Shown one piece after another: positions 59,012 to 64,000 of a stretch of 64,000 bases of DNA; the stretch's first letter is position 1; the number at the start of each line of letters is the position of its first letter. This DNA is from a virus (lineage: Duplodnaviria > Caudoviricetes): positions 128,001 to 192,000 of IMG/VR virus record IMGVR_UViG_3300031555_004294. The stretch is one strand, 5' to 3'. The position numbers and the translations under genes were made by a program. Under the pieces are notes generated by a model. That model was not told the origin of the DNA, ran no database searches, and worked only from the letters and a program-made list of their open reading frames with translations.

Positions 59012-59389
59012 TTAGTCTCCTATTTCTAGACAATCTTTATGGATATGTAAACCACGTTCTATAAAACAGTATTCAATAGTACAAGTGTCTGTAAACATAA
59101 GTTTTTTCCCTAATGGGCTACGATCATTAACAAACACACCATACTTCAATTTTATACCACCATTCAAAACTCGAATTGAAAGTTCAGAATTTGTATTAAG
59201 ATTGGTTATTTTATCCCTAACCGATCCCATATACTTACTAGGATATCTTTCAAACAATTCTTCAAGTACTTTTATTAAAAATTCTTTATCTCTTGGTAGT
59301 CTAAAACCATTGATATAAAGTGCTTCACTATCATAGTTTAACTCTTTTTCAAATAGTACTTGTTTAAGAGTCCATTTCTGTTGTTCCAT
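59012..59389 (-). CDS. TxKQVxFE family paralog
   Basis: MEQQKW...GLHIHKDCLEIGD. Confidence 0.85.
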   Translation of the reverse strand: MEQQKWTLKQVLFEKELNYDSEALYINGFRLPRDKEFLIKVLEELFERYPSKYMGSVRDKITNLNTNSELSIRVLNGGIKLKYGVFVNDRSPLGKKLMFTDTCTIEYCFIERGLHIHKDCLEIGD

Positions 59390-59391
59390 TT

Positions 59392-59820
59392 TTAGTCTCC
59401 TATTTCTAGACAGTCTTTATGAATATGTAAGCCAAAAAATATGTTATGTGACTGATAGATTGTCCCACCAAGTCCTTCAATTTTATATGTTTTAGTTTCA
59501 CTTTTTGGGAAAAACATAAGTTCTTTCTCCATTGGATAGTTACGATAGCTTTGATAATCAATCTTTATCTTTTCTTTAAAAACTCTAATTGCACGAGGAC
59601 TACCAGCACAATATTTGTATAACTGTTCTATTTTATATTTAATTGATTCTTTAGATTCATCATTTGGGTATACTTCAAATATTTCATCTACTGCTTTTAG
59701 TAAAAGATCTTTATCCTGTGGTAGAGTAAAACCATTGATATAGAGTGGAAAAATCTTATACTTTTCGTTCATTTCTTTTTCAAACAGTACTTGTTTGATA
59801 GTCCATTTCTGTTGTTCCAT
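59392..59820 (-). CDS. TxKQVxFE family paralog
   Basis: MEQQKW...GLHIHKDCLEIGD. Confidence 0.85.
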   Translation of the reverse strand: MEQQKWTIKQVLFEKEMNEKYKIFPLYINGFTLPQDKDLLLKAVDEIFEVYPNDESKESIKYKIEQLYKYCAGSPRAIRVFKEKIKIDYQSYRNYPMEKELMFFPKSETKTYKIEGLGGTIYQSHNIFFGLHIHKDCLEIGD

Positions 59821-59821
59821 T

Positions 59822-60253
59822 TTAATCTCCTATTTCTAGACAATCCTTGTGAATATGTAAACCACCAGCAATATGGTAGATACTTTTATTTCCATTACTC
59901 TTGGTGATAAAACTGTATCTTCCAGTATGTTCTATGTAAGTTAAACCTTTATCTTCTGGAAAATTATATGAACACATAGTTGAAAATCCCACATAATTAT
60001 TTCTGTTAACATACAAATGTATATAAAACGATGTGTTAGTAAGTTCATGTTCTAAATGCGATAATGCATTTGATGTCAAAAGTCTATTAGTGTCGGATAA
60101 TGGATAAACTTCATAAAGTTTTTGTAATACTTTAACTAAAAAGTCTGAATCTTTAGGTAATTTAAATCCATCAATATGTAAGTTCGGTCTATTTTCATAT
60201 GTCGTTTCTCTCTTAAAGATAATTTCTTTAAGAGTCCATTTTTGTTGTTCCAT
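59822..60253 (-). CDS. TxKQVxFE family paralog
   Basis: MEQQKW...GLHIHKDCLEIGD. Confidence 0.85.
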   Translation of the reverse strand: MEQQKWTLKEIIFKRETTYENRPNLHIDGFKLPKDSDFLVKVLQKLYEVYPLSDTNRLLTSNALSHLEHELTNTSFYIHLYVNRNNYVGFSTMCSYNFPEDKGLTYIEHTGRYSFITKSNGNKSIYHIAGGLHIHKDCLEIGD

Positions 60254-60287
60254 AAATATCAATTCTCCAATCTATTTTTCCACAGCT

Positions 60288-60356
60288 ATAATATATAAAC
60301 AAAACTTGCTTTAATACAATACAAAAATTTCATTTTTTCTTTTAAATATATATACT
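60288..60356. promoter_or_regulatory. divergent early-type promoters
   Basis: TTATATATTAT on minus (60288-60298) and AATATATATACT on plus (60345-60356). Confidence 0.55.
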
Positions 60357-60395
60357 AACATTGCATTAAGTTTATAAGAAAAAGGAGATTTTATT

Positions 60396-60680
60396 ATGGA
60401 CGAAGAAATGATTGAAAGATCACCAGAAGCTATGAACGATCCAGAAAATGTAGTATTTAAGCGAGAAAAAGAAGAAAAATTTGTAAGATCTTATGATGAA
60501 ATTAAAGCACAGTTAGATAAAATTAAAAAGGAAAGATCTTTTCAAGAAGATCTTATGTCAAAAGGTATATTGGGTAATCAACTATATATACTGAATGTTG
60601 TTGAGTATACCTTACTTTGGATGTTAAATAACAATAACGATGATGTTTTACCATTTGAACATGAAAAAGGAGAAGTATAA
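60396..60680 (+). CDS. hypothetical protein
   Basis: AAGGAG RBS. Confidence 0.7.
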   Translation: MDEEMIERSPEAMNDPENVVFKREKEEKFVRSYDEIKAQLDKIKKERSFQEDLMSKGILGNQLYILNVVEYTLLWMLNNNNDDVLPFEHEKGEV

Positions 60681-60683
60681 GGA

Positions 60684-62066
60684 ATGAAAACAGAATTTGT
60701 AAACCTAGAAAAATTGTATGATCCGAGCAGAGTTATAAGCAATCCTCAACCATTAACTAAAGAGAAGACATTCTCAGATGATGGTCTATTCTCAGAAAAG
60801 TTATTTGGTAAGTCTAATAGTGACTCTGACATGCTTTCTTACTCTTGTGATTGTGGTAAGTACAAAGGTAAGTTCTTAAGAGGATACAAATGTGATGAAT
60901 GTAAAACTGAAGTACAATTTCAGGAACCAATGTTAGAGAAATTGGCATGGATTTCTCTTGGAAAATATCATATCATCAATCCAGTATTTTATTATGAAAT
61001 TGCAAAGTTCACTGGTGGTACTCAGAAGCTTAACAAAATCTTAGCTTATGATAAGAAGATTGACAAAGATGGTAACATCATAGATGAAGAAAAGGGTGAG
61101 TATGATAACATCGGTTTAGTGCATTTTAAAGAAAACTTCTTTGAAGGTGAGAAAATTATTGACTATCTTTATGAGAACTCTAAGTACAAGAATAAAGATG
61201 TCGTTTATAATCTCTTGATGGAACATCAGGATAAAGTATTTTTACAACACATTCCAGTTTATGATACACTGCTTAGACCTGCTAGTGTAACTTATAAGGA
61301 CAAACCTGTATTCAAGTTTGATGAGATCAATAACTCCTACAATTTTATCATCAAGTTAGCTAATATGATCAACAAGGAAAGTAAGGATTTTGACTTAATT
61401 GTATTACCTAATTTGTTCAACATTCAGAATAAAGTAATTTTGGTGTTTAACAAAATCATCGAGAACTTGGCTGGTAAGAGTGGATTTATAAGATCTTCAA
61501 TCTTGGGATCGAGACTGAACTATAGTGCAAGATGTGTTATCACTCCTATGGAAGCTGGTAGAGATGTTACTGAAATAGTGTTCCCTTATATAGCATTTGT
61601 AGAACTTTATAGTTTCCAACTGATTAACATGTTGAGCAAGTTAAAGAAAATTTCTATGTTAGAAGCACAGAGAATCATTTTTGAAGCTCAAGCTAATTTT
61701 AACCCTGAAGTTTATAACTTGTGTATGGAATTAGTTAGGAAAACCAAGCATGGATTATTAGTGATCGTGAATAGAAATCCTACAATAGCGAGAGGATCTA
61801 TACAGTTACTTCGAATTGCTGACGTTAAGAATGACATTTCAGACCTTACAGTTTCACTTCATAACTGTGTTCTAGAATTATTTGGAGCCGATTACGACGG
61901 TGACGTTTTAAACTTCTTCCCACTTATGGATAATGAATATAAACAAGAATTCTACAAAGTTTTCAGTCCTAACAAAATGTTCGTATCAAATAATACTGGC
62001 AACTTTAACAGCAAGTTATCTATAGACCGCGACCAAGTTATTGGCATCCATCAGTTCAATTTATAA
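60684..62066 (+). CDS. rpoC: RNA polymerase beta' N-terminal subunit (probably non-virion RNAP)
   Basis: GLFSEKLFG, CDCG...CDEC zinc site, LRP, GKSGFIR, NRNPT, GADYDGD; uninterrupted. Confidence 0.92.
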   Translation: MKTEFVNLEKLYDPSRVISNPQPLTKEKTFSDDGLFSEKLFGKSNSDSDMLSYSCDCGKYKGKFLRGYKCDECKTEVQFQEPMLEKLAWISLGKYHIINPVFYYEIAKFTGGTQKLNKILAYDKKIDKDGNIIDEEKGEYDNIGLVHFKENFFEGEKIIDYLYENSKYKNKDVVYNLLMEHQDKVFLQHIPVYDTLLRPASVTYKDKPVFKFDEINNSYNFIIKLANMINKESKDFDLIVLPNLFNIQNKVILVFNKIIENLAGKSGFIRSSILGSRLNYSARCVITPMEAGRDVTEIVFPYIAFVELYSFQLINMLSKLKKISMLEAQRIIFEAQANFNPEVYNLCMELVRKTKHGLLVIVNRNPTIARGSIQLLRIADVKNDISDLTVSLHNCVLELFGADYDGDVLNFFPLMDNEYKQEFYKVFSPNKMFVSNNTGNFNSKLSIDRDQVIGIHQFNL

Positions 62067-62132
62067 TGATAAGAATAGCCTAGATGTTTCATAAAAGAGA
62101 CATCTAGGCTAATTTTCAAAGGAGATTTACAT

Positions 62133-62525
62133 ATGAGAAAACCTTCAATCGAAAACAAATACAATCTTAAGCCTTCTGATATTCCAAAACTAAAAATTTT
62201 AGACAGATCTCAAATCAAAGAACCTTTATTTTGGAGAAACAAAGTAGTACAAGCATGGTGCATTTCAAGAGTAATCGGTAGTAAAACTGATGTAAGATGT
62301 TGCAATGAGCATTCTGTCTGGATTGGAATTTATGATGAAGATGCTAAGGCTTATAAAGGAAAGATCAGATATTCATGTGACTGTTATGGTGGAATGTGTG
62401 GTTATGAATTCTCTGAGTTCTTTAAGGAATCTGAAATTGAGTGTGAAAATGATTTACTTACACAGGAAACTTTACTCCGTATAGTAAATGACTTAATTGA
62501 CAGAGGAATTTTAGGAAAAGAATAA
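62133..62525 (+). CDS. hypothetical protein
   Basis: AAAGGAG RBS. Confidence 0.7.
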   Translation: MRKPSIENKYNLKPSDIPKLKILDRSQIKEPLFWRNKVVQAWCISRVIGSKTDVRCCNEHSVWIGIYDEDAKAYKGKIRYSCDCYGGMCGYEFSEFFKESEIECENDLLTQETLLRIVNDLIDRGILGKE

Positions 62526-62570
62526 GAAAATGAGATAAAGGACTTTCATCCTTTATCTCATTTTTTTTTT
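62526..62570. terminator. bidirectional terminator
   Basis: AAAATGAGATAAAGGA/TCCTTTATCTCATTTT. Confidence 0.8.
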
Positions 62571-62574
62571 GAAA

Positions 62575-63336
62575 TTATGCGTAAACGTAATAGTAAATTG
62601 TTGCTTCTTTCAAGTTATTAAAGTATGGTTCACTCTCGAAGGTAAGCTTTGTAGCAATCTCAATATTGTCCATACGGTCAGCTGCTTCATTGTAATTAGC
62701 AATACATAAAGCAATCTCATTGATAAAAGTATCACGTTCCCACATTGGATTGTCATTTTCGTCATACTTAAGTACAGTTCTGAAGTCATCTTCAGTAATC
62801 TTTAAAGTTAGCTTAAGAGCAATTTCATCCATTTGACCATATTCATTGGTATTCTTAACCCATTCCATCTTGTCAAATGACTTAGCATAGTAGTAGGTAT
62901 AATTCTTACCACTTGCATCTACTACTTCACTTTGAACAGGATTGTAATAAACACCCTTAAACTCATCAGGCTTAGTACCATTTTCATGTACTCTAAAAGG
63001 AATCTCATCACCTAAAGCACGAGCATTAGGCTCTACCGCAAGAACATTAAAAGGTTCGCCAGAAACACATCCACCACGACCAACTTTCCATAAGCAAATC
63101 TTCTTATTTGCAAGGTTTGTTTTGTTATATCCGTCGATGTTATTATCAATTGCAAACATCTTTTCTAATGCAAATGTACGTCCACGTAAAACTACTAAGT
63201 TATCTTTTTCAAGAATAGTCTCGCCAGAAATGTCATCTACGACAACAACATGACCTTTAAAAAATGTAACAGGTTTATTACCTTCAATCTTGTCTGATAG
63301 ATTGAATGGTTTTTCAAATAAGTTCATTTCATTCAT
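62575..63336 (-). CDS. probable baseplate/tail structural protein
   Basis: DNLVVLRGR...INEIAL pattern seen in phage baseplate/tail-fibre proximal domains. Confidence 0.5.
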   Translation of the reverse strand: MNEMNLFEKPFNLSDKIEGNKPVTFFKGHVVVVDDISGETILEKDNLVVLRGRTFALEKMFAIDNNIDGYNKTNLANKKICLWKVGRGGCVSGEPFNVLAVEPNARALGDEIPFRVHENGTKPDEFKGVYYNPVQSEVVDASGKNYTYYYAKSFDKMEWVKNTNEYGQMDEIALKLTLKITEDDFRTVLKYDENDNPMWERDTFINEIALCIANYNEAADRMDNIEIATKLTFESEPYFNNLKEATIYYYVYA

Positions 63337-63355
63337 TTTATTTTACCTACTTTCT

Positions 63356-64000
63356 TTAAATTTTTATTTCAATTTTGGTATCCAAACCGTCATTCATAGT
63401 GATAATTGCGGTTATGGAATCATGTAAGTTACTAAATGTTAAGAGTCCTAAATCTTGGTTACTAGAAAGATTATCTCTTGTAGCTAGTAAGTCTGCTTTC
63501 TTAGTTCCATTTAGTATCTTTGAAATTAGCTCTTTCAAAGTTTCCAATGTATTTTTATCTAAAAGACTCAAATTATTGATTGCAGACATTTTATCTGCTA
63601 AGTCCTTTAGTATTGATAAATATGCCATAGAGTTATCTAGTTTATGATCATCTAAAAGTGATAAGAGTTCAGATTTGAAATCTGTATTTAAGAAACTCAT
63701 AAGATCTTCATCATTGATAAATTTATCATTTTGGTTATCAAACCTTAAAGCATTACGTACTTTTATTAAGTCTTGTAATACAGGAATTACATCTATGATT
63801 CCTTTAGAATTACATATCTTGACAAAATCTAATAGATTCTCTAAATCGGCAATATATTCTTCTTGTGAAATAGCTAATTGATCGAATGTGAAAATTGTAT
63901 TATGAAATTTTTCATCAAATACCAGTATCGTATTAAGATCCCTTAACTGTATCGTATAAGACTTAATGAAATCGACTAACTGATAGATAAGATCTTTGAT
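63356..64000 (-). CDS. 3' part of a large (probably virion structural) protein, begins outside the window
   Basis: frame open from 64000 (IKDLIYQLVDFIKSYTIQL...) through the track's 114-aa ORF. Confidence 0.65.
   Translation of the reverse strand: MKDLIYQLVDFIKSYTIQLRDLNTILVFDEKFHNTIFTFDQLAISQEEYIADLENLLDFVKICNSKGIIDVIPVLQDLIKVRNALRFDNQNDKFINDEDLMSFLNTDFKSELLSLLDDHKLDNSMAYLSILKDLADKMSAINNLSLLDKNTLETLKELISKILNGTKKADLLATRDNLSSNQDLGLLTFSNLHDSITAIITMNDGLDTKIEIKI

Larger units (their letters stand above)
58575..59865 (-). repeat. junction direct repeat of the MEQQKW array
   Basis: plus-strand GTCCATTTCTGTTGTTCCATTTT(T)A(G/A)TCTCCTATTTCTAGACA near 58991, 59370 and 59801. Confidence 0.85.

Noticed and set aside
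1463-63881. Numerous short antisense or overlapping ORFs in the track (e.g. 1463, 1890, 8094, 9214, 9459, 17350, 25057, 30461, 33258, 36959, 42867, 50051, 63375)
   Set aside because: Shadow frames of well-supported genes, no RBS, compositionally atypical
1-64000. Alternative genetic code (TAG/TGA recoding)
   Set aside because: Genes are full length and tightly packed under code 11; all interruptions are explained by introns
1-64000. Phage nucleus (chimallin) or tubulin genes, inteins, tRNAs
   Set aside because: None recognisable by eye in this window; absence not proven without HMM and tRNAscan searches

Overview
Very AT-rich, gene-dense segment of a jumbo bacteriophage of the PBS1/AR9 (phiKZ-related) type, probably infecting a Bacillota host (strong AGGAGG RBSs, TTG/GTG starts; inference). 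It carries pieces of two multisubunit RNA polymerases: beta' N- and C-halves behind early-type promoters (non-virion RNAP, plus a probable sigma-like subunit) and beta' N- and C-halves behind late-type promoters (virion RNAP). It also has a split family B DNA polymerase, primase, a GroEL-like chaperonin, Hsp20, baseplate/tail genes, radical SAM enzymes, a vWA protein and a metal permease. Both putative virion-RNAP beta' genes are interrupted. One holds a group II intron (11954-13503) that encodes a zinc-ribbon/Vsr-like endonuclease under its own late promoter instead of a reverse transcriptase. The other holds two small ORF-less group I introns (52075-52292, 52663-52887). All three splice junctions were reconstructed by hand and restore the reading frame. 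Other notable items: (i) about 45 small early genes in five tandem paralog families that share a short N-terminal K-x-x-x-F-(D/E/N/Y) helix ahead of variable bodies, with conserved DNA repeats at gene junctions; (ii) a ~450-nt structured non-coding RNA candidate upstream of the chaperonin; (iii) an RlmN/Cfr-like enzyme whose ACGQL tail is a separate 44-aa gene; (iv) a probable -1 frameshift tail-chaperone pair; (v) degenerate HD-GYP and MshEN-like genes side by side. All calls come from motif recognition by eye; no database searches were run.
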